Assembly: GCA_030390025.1 (NCBI GenBank)
Contig: CM059437.1
Coordinates: 76,260,001 to 76,324,000, forward strand
DNA from: Squalus acanthias
Lineage: Eukaryota
DNA: 64,000 nt
Reading direction: 5' to 3'
Shown here: positions 12,531-24,000 of the stretch, piece by piece
Layout: the number at the start of each line of letters is the position of its first letter
Numbering within the stretch: the first letter of the stretch is position 1
Translations under genes and position numbers: made by a program
The notes under the pieces: model-generated
Databases searched by the model: none
Told to the model about the DNA's origin: nothing
The model's input: the letters and a program-made list of their open reading frames with translations, nothing else

Positions 12531-12725
12531 TAAGTCAGAAACTTTCCTTTTGGGGGCCAGGAGGAGCTGCATGGCTCTGTCATTCTAGCAACAGTTGTGA
12601 ATTAAGGAAGATAAGTCTGGTAAGAAAGCGACACTCTAGGTGGATATTTTATCTTGTTCTGATGTGATTCAGTTTTCTGTGAGGCAACTTCCAGTTCATT
12701 AACACATTCCTATTACTCTTTCCAG

Positions 12726-12795
12726 GTCTGTGGACTTTCTTTTGGATTCTACATTAAGAAAGTTGTATGGAGCAGAAGAAAAGCACAAACCATAA
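12726..12795 (+). CDS. MTFP1: MTFP1 last coding exon
   Basis: Pyrimidine tract plus CAG acceptor; (R)SVDFLLDSTLRKLYGAEEKHKP* matches the MTFP1 C-terminal SVDFLLDS.LRKLY; TAA at 12793-12795. Confidence 0.94.
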
Positions 12796-15319
12796 CAAAA
12801 GGCAATTGGAATATTTGCAGTTTAAGATTTCTATACACTATAGCTTTAAATTACATTGCAAGGCAATGAACTCTCTACTCCAACTCTGGAGTCTCCATTA
12901 TAGTGGGCGTGGGGTGAAATTCCTCTTTTTTTTAAATGAAAAGAGGTAGGTGCTTGTTTTGTCTTTGTAGTTAGAAACCTGCCAGCAAAGTGTAGCAACA
13001 TGTGGCTTTCCAACACGATTTCTGCAAATACAATTTTGTTAGACAAAGAGAGGCATTCTCCTGTTTATAAGAGGCATTTCACCCCAATACTCGTATAACA
13101 ATTGAAATTAAAAAAAATTGTATAGATTTGGTCACTTATTTTCTTAACTATTTAAACATTGCAACTTAAACATCTGACCAATAACCATCTGTTTCATTAG
13201 CCACATGCTCATTTCAATCAAGGATATAAACCATCTTCTCTTGTTCTAATAATGTCAGATACTGCAGAGCAGGACTGTGGCTTGGCTGGGCTCATAGCCT
13301 ACATACAACAGGCATGGGACAGCACTCCAAAAAGATAGTAACTTACGACCAGAGCAGTTACCTAGGATCTGCTTTTTCCTGCAAGTGCAGGATAGAGCAC
13401 ATGTAAAAAGCACAATTGAATTTAACCTGTTTTATTTACATAGTCATTTCCTTCCCCTCCCCTCCTCAAAACAGCAAATGAGATTTACTTCAGGAAATAT
13501 AAAAATATCTTCTCCCATTAATCTGAGGAAGCTTGAAACTGGTCACCCTTCAGATAGGAGAACATATTCCACATCTATACAATTCTCTTTACATTAACTA
13601 CCCCATTCCTTGAAGGACTCAAGGACTTAGTGACTTCTAATGTCACTGATATTGAGTTTCACGAGCTTCCCTTAAAATACAGGTGTCAAATATACTAAGG
13701 ATGGGTTACCACTTAGATTATTGAATTGTGCACCAGCTTCCTTGATTGAATAGTGAGATGATGTACATCATAAACATGATATTTCATTGCATCATTAAAC
13801 TGGTCTGAATTTGTAGGAGGCTAACTGCTCATAATCCAACTTCTTGTGCTATCTGTGTGGGTATGCTGCTGTGTGAAGAGAGAAACAATTTAAAGAAACT
13901 GCTGCTCAGTCTCCTTGGCCTTCACACCACATTTATATCCTATGAAACATAACACTCGTGTTGCCTGGAGATAAGAATTGGATAGGTCTGCTCTGGAATA
14001 TCAACCTTTCTCTGAGAAACCAGATGGAGACCTGTGCCGCAGCATAAGTAAGGAAGCACAAAGTGGGCATCAAGCAGTTGGATGCAAAATATAGTTAGTT
14101 CAACACATTGGCAGCCAAAGTTTGATCTTTGATTTATTAGAGGCGAATTACCATGTCTGTGAGGTTTAATTGAGAAAATTACTTTCACACTAAGGATATG
14201 CAGATAGGTATACCAACTTATATTAATTCCTGTTAAAATATTAGGGTTTTCCCTGTGATAATTCTGTATGTAATTGACCTCATTCACAAAACAGAATTAC
14301 TGCTAGTAATCAATTGAGAAATATTGTTGAGACAGCATAACATTTTCATTTTACACTGGTTTTGATGCTGCATCTCTGCTGCAGGTTATGCTTCCTGTTT
14401 CAATAGGGTGCAAGAGCAGCAAAATGGAATTATATAGAGATGTCCAGTTGAAGAACTACCACTGCACAGGCACAATGGCCTCCTTGTTCTGCAATTTCTA
14501 TGATGATCTGGAGAAAATTGGCCAGAATAAAAAGAAACAAAACTATTGCTTTGCCAACATAGCGTATCTAGTAACTGGCTATAGAATGACATTGCCAATC
14601 AAAACTGAACAGGGATCCAAACATTCTTTTGGACAGAGATGGTGCCTGGTACAGTGAGAGTGGAAGAACAAAGACATAAGGGAATGTTTACATTTAATGG
14701 AAAAATCAATTCAATGAGAACAGTAATGAGGCAGTTTAATACCACAATCAACCTGGAAACAAGTCAACTGCACATATCAGTGCTGAATCATGGATAACTC
14801 AATGCAGATCCTTTATGTTGTTGCTCTTGCAGTTTCAGGGCTGACTCCAGCATAACCAAAACACTGCCACTTCACTTGTACCCAGTGTGTTAACTTGAAG
14901 CACGCCGTGAACTATGCCGAGAAACACTTATGCATGTTCAGCAGTGCACAGAGTTGAGTGAGAATGGAGCATTTTCCCAGTTGTGCGCACACACAGTAGC
15001 CTAGCTACTGGGGACAGCCTACCAGCCACAGCATGAGGGGAGGGTTGAAATTATACAGATAGTGACTGGGCTACTTTTGCATTCCATCAGCTGCAGGTGT
15101 TATACTGGAGCTGATGTGGTGCTGAGGGAATGAGAGCAAGTGATCAGAGTATTGATACTAGAGGAATTGGAACACCCTGACCTGCGATCAATTTGATGGT
15201 AGGTATACAGTAATACCAGGGTGAATTTGGTCCCAGGTTGCTGTTATGATGCTATTAGACATCTTAAAATGAATTCAAACTTGTATTTTATGAGAAAGGA
15301 ATGTTACTTATAAATGAAC

Positions 15320-15325
15320 AATAAA
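15320..15325 (+). terminator. Candidate MTFP1 polyadenylation signal (AATAAA); alternative ATTAAA at 13107-13112
   Basis: Hexamer at the end of a ~2.5-kb AT-rich stretch without obvious repeats downstream of the stop codon; usage not verifiable. Confidence 0.35.
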
Positions 15326-15749
15326 ACCATATTTTAAAGGCAGATTTGAACATACCCTAGCTGGCTAGCTAACTGAGCTGCAGCAGGAGAGAGCGCAAGA
15401 CGTTTAATATAACTGCTGCATCTTTTGGACCTGTATAAAAACAAAGCTAGCCCAATGCTAACCCTAGAATTCTCACTGTTGTACTGGCTATTTCCACCCA
15501 AGGTTGACAGCTTCACAGCGCAGCCTCGAACATTCTCAGGAGACTGAGGGTGGGAAGGATTTGGTAGCAGAATGTGTTGCGGCTTGAGAGACATTCAGAG
15601 AACCAGGATGCTGCTGCAAGCAGGCAAAGAAAATCCACAGGTGTGCGCAAACCACAGGCACAATATGCAAACTACTTTCCTATTTGCTCCAGGGTTGGTC
15701 ACAGCAATGCCCAGGAGATTAATCTTTCATTCCTACAAACTCCAAAAAT

Positions 15750-16490
15750 GAAAGCACACAGAATTGGGGGAAACCTGGCAACATGGGTTGGAACAGCCTG
15801 TAGCAGACAGAGGATAAAGGGAGCGTTCTGATTGGTGGGATGTGGTGTTCCCCAGAGATCTGTATTGAGGCCTCAGCTTTACACACTATTAAATGACATG
15901 CATTAAAGAATAGAGAGTTGTATATCAAAGTTAGGAGGGACAGCAAGTTACATAGATGGAGCAGGAAGTTAAAAGGTCATACACAGATTAAGTGACCAGG
16001 CAAAACTCTGGCTAATGGAGTTCAGTGTGGAAATGTGGGAGGTCATCCACTTTAGATCCAAGAAAGACAAATCACAAGTATTTTCTTTATAATGAGAAAT
16101 TAGGTACTCTGCAGGAGCAAAGATTTGGGTGTTTATGTAAACAATAACTAAAAGCTAATGGACAGGTACAAAAAGTAATCAGAAAGGCTACTGGAATATT
16201 GACCTGTATCTCAAGGGGGCCTGAAATACAAAGGGGAAGAGGTTATTCTGTTGTCAAAGAAGCTTGGGCAGAGCCCATCTAGAGTACTGCATTCTGTTCT
16301 GGGTACCACACTTCAGGCAGGATAGATTGACTGCTGAGGGGGGTACAGTGCCAATTTACCAGAATGATACCAAGGTTTAAATAATAACAGGTTTCACAAA
16401 CAAGCTTGCATTCCCTTTAAAAAAGATTGAGGGGTGATCTAATTGAGGTGTTTAAAATGACAAGAGGATTTGTTAGGGTAGATAGAGAAA
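15750..16490 (+). mobile_element. Old, degraded CR1 RT fragment containing the array breakpoint; its 3' part recurs at 27918, 40789 and 53248
   Basis: Remnants KAHRIGGNLATWV, GVPQRSVLRPQL and RGDLIEVFKM, with many stops and indels. Confidence 0.8.
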
Positions 16491-16499
16491 CTTCCTTTT

Positions 16500-16930
16500 T
16501 AGGGGCAATCTGGAACAAGGCTGCAGCAGGTGACATCAGCGACAGCTCCCAGTCCACCATTGTATTGGTAGGTCACCAAGAACACTTGCATCTTTCCCAA
16601 TGGACAGGTTTCCACAGTGTACCAAGTGCCATAGACTGCACTCACATTGCCTTTTGTGCACCCCATCACCATCCTGGCATCTGATTAGAAAGGGATTCCA
16701 TTCCCTTCAGCCAGCTTGTTTGTGCCCACAGGCAGCCTTCATACAGTTCTGCCTAGTTTCCTCTCAGCAGTCACTGTTCATTCATCCTCTGCCAGTTCCA
16801 TGGGCTTTATTCCAACCAGGCCATCAGGTTACAGGCTGGCCACTGGGTCAGGTTACTGGGCAGCAACAACTATCCCCTTCAGACTCGACTCAAGATTGCG
16901 GTCATGAATCGAAGCACAGCTGGCCTACAA
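16500..16930 (+). mobile_element. Harbinger/PIF transposase remnant (also at about 28560, 41860 and 53890)
   Basis: GF..VPGAIDCTHIA followed, after a frameshift, by IRKGFHS: the HARBI1-type DDE motifs GAIDCTH and NRKG.HS. Confidence 0.8.
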
Positions 16931-16970
16931 CAAAAGTCTATTTAAATGTTGCCCATTGGTCAGGGATGGG

Positions 16971-17310
16971 GTGTCAGCCTGGCTCAGTTGGTAATGTGCT
17001 CACCTCAGTCAATAGGTCATGGCTTCAAGCCACCACTTCTAGTGCAGTACTGAGTGTAATCTTATGCTAGTGAACTGAGACCCTGTCTGCCTGTTTAAGT
17101 GGTTATGAAAGATCCAATGGCACTATACAAAAGGAATGGGGGACTGTGCCTGGTCAACATTTGTCCCCTAACTAACTAACACCAACCAAATTAACTGGTC
17201 ATTACTCCAATTGCTTTTTGTTGGAGTTTGGCTGCCACTTTGCTTACATAACTACACTTAAATAATTCATTGGCTGTGAAATCCAGAGAATGAAAATGCC
17301 AGTTCTTACT
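16971..17310 (+). mobile_element. Degraded Deu-type SINE (one per unit)
   Basis: TGGCTCAGTTGG head, AAAGATCCAATGGCACT, CTGGTCATTA and TTCATTGGCTGTGAAA align by eye with 7085-7540. Confidence 0.65.
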
Positions 17311-17399
17311 TACGAATTACCCTTTCTCTCCTCTTTTCTTCCCCCACCCAACTAGTGTAGGGGCAGGAGTCATAGCTGAAAGGACTGACCAGAAAGGGA

Positions 17400-20300
17400 T
17401 GCAAGAGTAGGTTAACTTGGAAATACTGGTGACTTTTGTTGCAACATTAGATTTGACATCTGCTTGCAGCAACTGGTTACATTTAAAATGTGCTTTTTCC
17501 TAGGTGTGTGAGCATTAAATGCTCACATTTGTGTTAAACAAAATTGGGATTAATTAAAATATAACTAGTATACAATATATAGACTAACTTATCTTGTGGC
17601 AGGTATGCAACTTCAGGTGAGGGCAGACAATGATGGGCACCAGAACTCTGCCAATTGCAAAATGGCCAGCAGAGGGTGTCTGAGCAATGCATTTTCATTC
17701 TGTAAATTACCTCAATAGGTGAAGGGAAGAGAAAAGTTAGAGCCCTTTCCACACCACTCAGATGGATGAAATTGCCAATTTTGTAACAAATGTATGAAAA
17801 GGACAGAAATCAGCCCCATTAAGCCAACCTCAATGTTATCACATCCATAACTATGCCATCTCCTGGACTGGGCAAATTAAGCCCCCCTATCTGTCAGCTC
17901 GAAAAGCAGAAATACCGTGACAACTTAAGGGGAAAAAAAGGGAGTTGAGTAAAACTCCAGGAATATGCAGTGGCCCAGGATCTCAAATCACAACTAACTA
18001 TCAACTTACCTTCTACAAATCAAAATGTCCCTTTGTCAGGAACTAGTTAAATTCCTTTTTAAAAAACAAAACTGTAGAGACTCCTTACCCACTAGATCTT
18101 GAGCCTGTTTGAGGCTCTAAAAAGAAATCCTTCCTGACATTTAACTTAGGCTATGATTTTATATACATGCACACCCAGCTCAGATCATCTATCCAACAGA
18201 CGGAGGCCAAATCTATCATTTTAAAGACCTCAAATCATTTGAGGAAAGTAGGTTGGGGTGGGGAGGAAAGTTACCTAAAGGCACAAAAAGGGGTGGGTGG
18301 GTCTCCTGGTTCAAAAAGGAGAACCAAGGGCAGTTTGGATTCCATTCTGGTGCTACCCTTCCCCACAAGGCTGCTTGACCCTACTCCCAATATTGCCAGA
18401 TCCCAGCAACCCAATACTGCCAGACTGTTCCCCTCAAGACTTCTCCCGAGACTGCCTCCACTCCCAGATCCTAGGACCCCCATCCTTTGATCTCTAGACT
18501 GCATTCCTAGTGCTTCCAATCCCAGAACCACCCCTAATGTTCAGAGATATCCCGCCACAGTGTTGCCTGATCCCAAGACCCCTTTACAAATGATTGGATT
18601 TCAGGATGCTCCCAAACCCTGCCCCTCAAAATACTGCAATACTGGAGACCACCATCCCAATGCTCCTAGAATCCAAGACCACCCCCAATGCATATAGTAT
18701 CACTGGTAATACTTAGCATAACACCCCTATTTTGACCATCAACAGTGCTACAGCAGATCTGAGTGTATAGATGTTGCGCCCCCCCCCCGCCCAAAAAAGT
18801 CAAAACCTACCACATGTCCTTTTTAAACAAAGTACATATTTCTGTTGCTGCCTGTGACTCGACCAATTTAGTGCAAAAGTCAACTTTATGGTGGAATTGC
18901 TCTCCTAAAAAGTACACATTTCTTCAGTTGAACCTGGAGCTTTAAATTCACATTATAGGGACCCTGGAATGTTGAGAAGGTACTATTGGCATTCAGTTGA
19001 AATTAGACCATCTCACCTTTTACTCTGGGGTACTGAAACTGCAGATTAGTGTTAAACCCATCATATGAAAATGTTGCACTGATGCAGTCAATTATTCTTA
19101 CTAGTTGTCTGCTATATTCTTTGGGTTGGTGTTCAGAAGGGACCTTCATTTTCCAAGTGGGAGAAGGCATATGCAGAAAAATGAGTATAAATTCCAGTCA
19201 AAGGCCACATCTTTCAGTGCAAAGCATTCAGGATAGCAGCACTCACCTGAATGAATGAATCAGCTGGCTTCAACCAACCATTTTCATAAATATTTAATCT
19301 AATAAAAGGATTCAGGCCTCAAATAACTGAGTGAGTTTACACTTTATGTACCAAGTGGGTAGTTTACCAACTTTGTGCTTTTACAAATGATATTCAATAG
19401 TGCGGAGAATTAGAAAGGATTGCAAAAATCACAGGTCTTGTAGAAAATTCCGTAGAAAAGTTGAGTAAATTGGCTGATTAATGATATTGCTTGGCTGAAA
19501 TATATCAGACAAAATATGAAGCAATCAAAAATCACCTTCGTTCACCATCAAATGTTACCAAACCAGTTAATTTGTTTCTCAAACCAAGAAATCTGGAACC
19601 AGCAACTTCCACAAAAATGAACCAAAATTGCTCAAATAATTTCTGCAGTTTAAGCCACCATTTTCTTCTACTTAGTCAGTATGTACAGCCAAACCAAACA
19701 TTTATAACAAATGTGTAACAAAATGCAATCTTAACCAGGGTGTCATGTTGAATATTAGATCCGTGAAGCCAGTGTCTTTCAGCATCAGCAAGATATATTT
19801 TCACCTCACTGATGGAGTAAATTGCCTGTATTACAGCAATGAACAATCAGCTCTAGATTGCAGTGAATATTAGAAGTCACAATGTCCTGGCTTACTCCTG
19901 AGCAATATCACAGGAAAGCCACTAGTAAATAGAAAGCATCTCTTTAGTGGGCATCAAACCTTTTTTGCATTTTGAGAGACTTGTGGCAGTGTTTCAGTGA
20001 GGAGACAAGCAAGATCGAGGCCCACATGGGGTCAGACAGGATTGTCATTATTACTAGAGAGCAGAGGCTACATTCAAGTTAATTTGTAGGTAGAGAGGCT
20101 GAATGGGCTAGAGCACATTCTACTGTCACTGCATTAACTTGACTAAAAGGAGAGGTTTACTAGACAAATTCATTGACAAAATGACAGCTTGCCATTCATA
20201 TCTGGTGTTATAAAGAGATCACCTTTCATAAGATTGGAGAAGCATGTGACTTTAGCATCAGTTAGCAGGGGGTTGCCCACTATTACAGTAGCATGATAGG

Positions 20301-20650
20301 TAGGGAGGAGTTATGTTTAATACAGGAGCCACTTATACAAGGGAAGTGATACCAACCCAGAGAATCTGAATCAGACAGACGTCTACTACACTGTCAAAAT
20401 GCAGATTATAGACCAGCACACACGATATGCCATAAGCTGCAGCCCCAAAACTGGTTTGCTTTTGGAAATAGATTTTAAGCAGCTAGACATTGCTGAACAA
20501 TTGATTAAAGGAACATTACAACCAAAGGTTAAAGCCAAATTACCCATTTCAAATTGAACTAATTGGGACCTCAGACAAAGCAATGTTAACATGCAAATAG
20601 CAATCCCAATTCTCAACTGTCTCCTGTACACTATATCCAACTGTGCCGAG
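17400..20650 (-). pseudogene. Possible decayed multi-exon gene, tentatively ZP-N-repeat-like (one per unit)
   Basis: At least nine minus-strand G|GTRA donor sites, a signal-peptide-like first segment and Cys-containing fragments; reading frames are broken by stops and indels that vary between units. Confidence 0.35.
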
Positions 20651-20973
20651 GAACCAATCCAACTTTACAAGTTGCAAAAAAAGTTTAAAAACTAGACCCT
20701 AGTAATGTTGCAAGCTGGCAGCAACTAAAAGCAGTTTCCATTAGTGCAATATAAGAGCAGTTAGCTGCATTCCAGATGAACATGCTCATCAAGATCTACA
20801 CAATCATTTAAATAACCAATTTGCTTGCCAAAAGGTGGTATAGCACTATTGTATTAAGGGCCCACAGTCACTACATCAAGATAACCATCATGCAGTGTTG
20901 ATTTAGGAATACTGTACAGAACAAGCTCTTCCTAAAAATTCTGAGACCATGCACAAAATCTGCAAAATGTAGC

Positions 20974-20979
20974 TTTATT
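20974..20979 (-). terminator. Polyadenylation signal of ZP3-like copy 1
   Basis: AATAAA on the minus strand ~85 nt after the stop codon; conserved in all four units. Confidence 0.75.
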
Positions 20980-21064
20980 TGAGTCAATTACAACTGTTAG
21001 AAGTACATTTAACATCTAGGTTGGACAGCTTGCTTCAACTTTGGTAGTCCACCACCTTCAATGA

Positions 21065-24000
21065 TCAGCAGCTATAGTGTACATGCCCGATCTTCCATTT
21101 GTACAGGCTTAGGAGCAGGACCCCTAAAAAGCAAGCTAGCAGTGGAGTAGCCAAAAGCATTACTCTTTGATTCTCTGTTTAAAAAAAAGGTTGTCAGTCA
21201 AGAATTGCTCAATCAAATGTATCTACCATAAGAAATCTCAGTAATACATGGGAACATTGAAGTCAGTGTTGGGGGGGGGGGGGCGGGGGGGGGCCGCTTC
21301 TGTTACATTAGTCAGATTTTAGCCAATGGTCTGGATACTTCCACTGTTAAGAGTAATTAATGTCAAATTGGATAAGTCCCATTAGTTTAGAGTAAGAAAT
21401 GGCTTGTCCCTGACTGGATGTTTTATAGCCCTGCAAGGCAGGCATTAGCCATGGTTAGGAACAATCTTTTACAGTATCCTCATTTGAAGTACATTGCCAA
21501 TTTACCTCTTTGAATCGTGGCTGAAGTTCTGGATCCAGACTGGGCACTGTGCACTCTCAATGGACCAACTTTAATTATGTGACTAATACCAGTTTTTGAT
21601 TCTAAAAAGGAATTTAAAAAAAGTTAGCACACAAGTTCTAGAATACTGTACATTCAGCTATTTAGTTAATGGAATAGTACCTTGGGCTCGTTTATGGCGA
21701 GATTGGATAGGCTGGCAGATTGAGTTACAGCAGTCACACAGGGAACTTTGTAATGGGGCATCCAAGAGCTGCCAACTAAACAGAATTATACAAGTAACAA
21801 ACATTCTACTAGAGGGGATTTATATAAAGCTAAGAAATGGGACCTCCATTGATTAGAAGTACTAGGAAATGTCTTCCTATGATGCTTCTAGACAATAAGC
21901 ATGTCTGGAAGTTCAGTAGTTTTTGTTCATTCTCTTAATCAGCTCTACATTTGTTTCACCATCTAAGAATGCATGTAGATTATTCATAGTACCAAGTGAA
22001 TATTCTCTATTCAACTTAAGGTGGTGTAATAATTTCAGGCTTGCCAGGCACTCATTGGGTGGGGGGGGGGGGGGTTAAGAAAGAGGGATAAAATAAGCCT
22101 AGTTAAATTCAATAGGTTTTACTCCAGCTATTGTTCTAGAAAGGCACTCAAGACACCACATTAAATTTTAAAGTGATCTTTTCTTCATCTGCCCATTCAT
22201 CTACAGGGCCCACTAATCATTCAAGCTTTAATGCTGGCCAAAAAAGCCTACTCAAAAACAAAGGCACAAAGCATCTTTAAGGACACTTTTGCTACTCACC
22301 TTTCAGTTTGCTGGTCAAAAGAACATGCTTTGTGTAAAAGACTTGCATCCCAATTAGGGTCCCATACCAAAGCTTTACAGTGTATATAAATCTGTAGAAA
22401 GTGAATATTGTGCATCATTAAGTACAGTCTATGTCAATACACATCTCTTGCATAATGTCAGTATGGTTCCAAGTAAAACTCATCTTCAAAGCTGATATCT
22501 ATGACCTAGTTGTTTTGACTTATAGGGTCAGTTTATGGCCGACTTGAAGGATCCTATCTGGCATTTTATTCTAAAATCTTAATTGCAAGGAATGACTACA
22601 AATGCCACATTAAAAATCCAGATAATTTGCTCAATTTCAGTGGGGCGATTTAACAGTAGTCAAATCTAGCTTAATCAAGGTAGATGGCAATTGTGCCTTT
22701 TGGTACAATAGTATTAAGAACAAGCCAACAAGTCAGTCCATTTGAACTAGCAAAAGTTGAAGCTACATTGGAAGTGATAAGGCACCAAAAATCTTTGCAA
22801 ACAACTGTATGGAGTTACGTTACAGATCAGCTATGCCCTTATTGAAGTGGAACAGGCTGGAGGGGCTAAATAGCCTACTCCAGTTTCTAATCCAGTTAGT
22901 AGTAAAGCAAGTGGCAGAAGTCTCTTAAAATGGACAGTACCTTTAATTGTGACAGTTTGTTTTAATAGTGAACTAAGCTGATCAACTATGCTCAAAGGAC
23001 TTCAATGAGAATTGCATGTATTTTGAGAATTGCATGTATGAGTTTCACATTTATGGTGCAGAGAGGACAGCAACTCAGCATTAGATTAAAAACTTGCTTA
23101 GTGTATCTTTAATCATGCATCAAGTTTTCCAAACTTACATCAGTTTCCTCCAGACCAATGAATTTAAATGCCTGCACAACAAACTGAAGGTGTGACCCAT
23201 CACTTCTGGGCAAGTACTTGGAATTTCCAGTTTGCCCATCAACAAGACATCTATAGGAACAGGAAAAAAAAAGTTTAACCCACAACCAAGTTACTAATTT
23301 GCAAAATATCACTATCCTGTCAGCCTCATACCCATAGTTGTTTACGATGGTATAATTCTCTGGAGATTTGTCCAGTGAGCTTGTCGGGGTGGCGATACAT
23401 TCTTCCATATAGAGGCGGAGGTCCTGGTGATATGTGGCAATGACAGAGGCTTCTAGGTTAATGGAAGCGCCCAGGAAGAACACAGAATCTGGCCTTTCAG
23501 CAGTCCAATCATCTGCAGCAGGAAGTTGCATACATTATTCCAACAGTTCACAATGGTCTATAGTCAAGTATGAATGCTCACCCTTTTGCTTTAGCAACAA
23601 AACCATCAACATCTAGACTAAGCAAGAGGGGTCTGGCTATGAGAAAGCAGTTACCATAGTGTACTTGAACTACATAAACCACTTCCTTGGAGATCAAATC
23701 AGCCTATACTGCAGGGATGCAGGTCTTTCCACTAGTGGGGAATGAAGTCAGTGAACCTGCAAGGAGTTTAAAAATCAACACATCTATTCATAATTCAGAT
23801 GTCATCAGGGGCTACTAATGCAGCATGAATTGGGATCAATGCTGTGGAAGAGATGCAAGTACTGGAAAACACATAAATCCTGGGTATATATTAAAGGTGT
23901 TGTCATAACCACCACACCACTGCAAAGTGATTGCTGACTTGCAACACAAGTGTCAGCACCATTGGGTCCAAACCAGACTAGAGCAGAGCAATTTGAAATT

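Noticed and set aside
12796-15750. Additional gene downstream of MTFP1
   Set aside because: Short ORFs without recognisable motifs or consistent exon structure; best read as 3' UTR or intergenic DNA.
16600-17070. 156-aa ORF preserved in all four units as a novel gene
   Set aside because: It runs mostly off-frame through a Harbinger remnant into a SINE; retention is expected from recent duplication.
23109-23531. 140-aa ORF as a single-exon ZP protein
   Set aside because: It reads through an 81-bp GT-AG intron (23251-23331) whose length varies between copies; it is exons 5 and 6.
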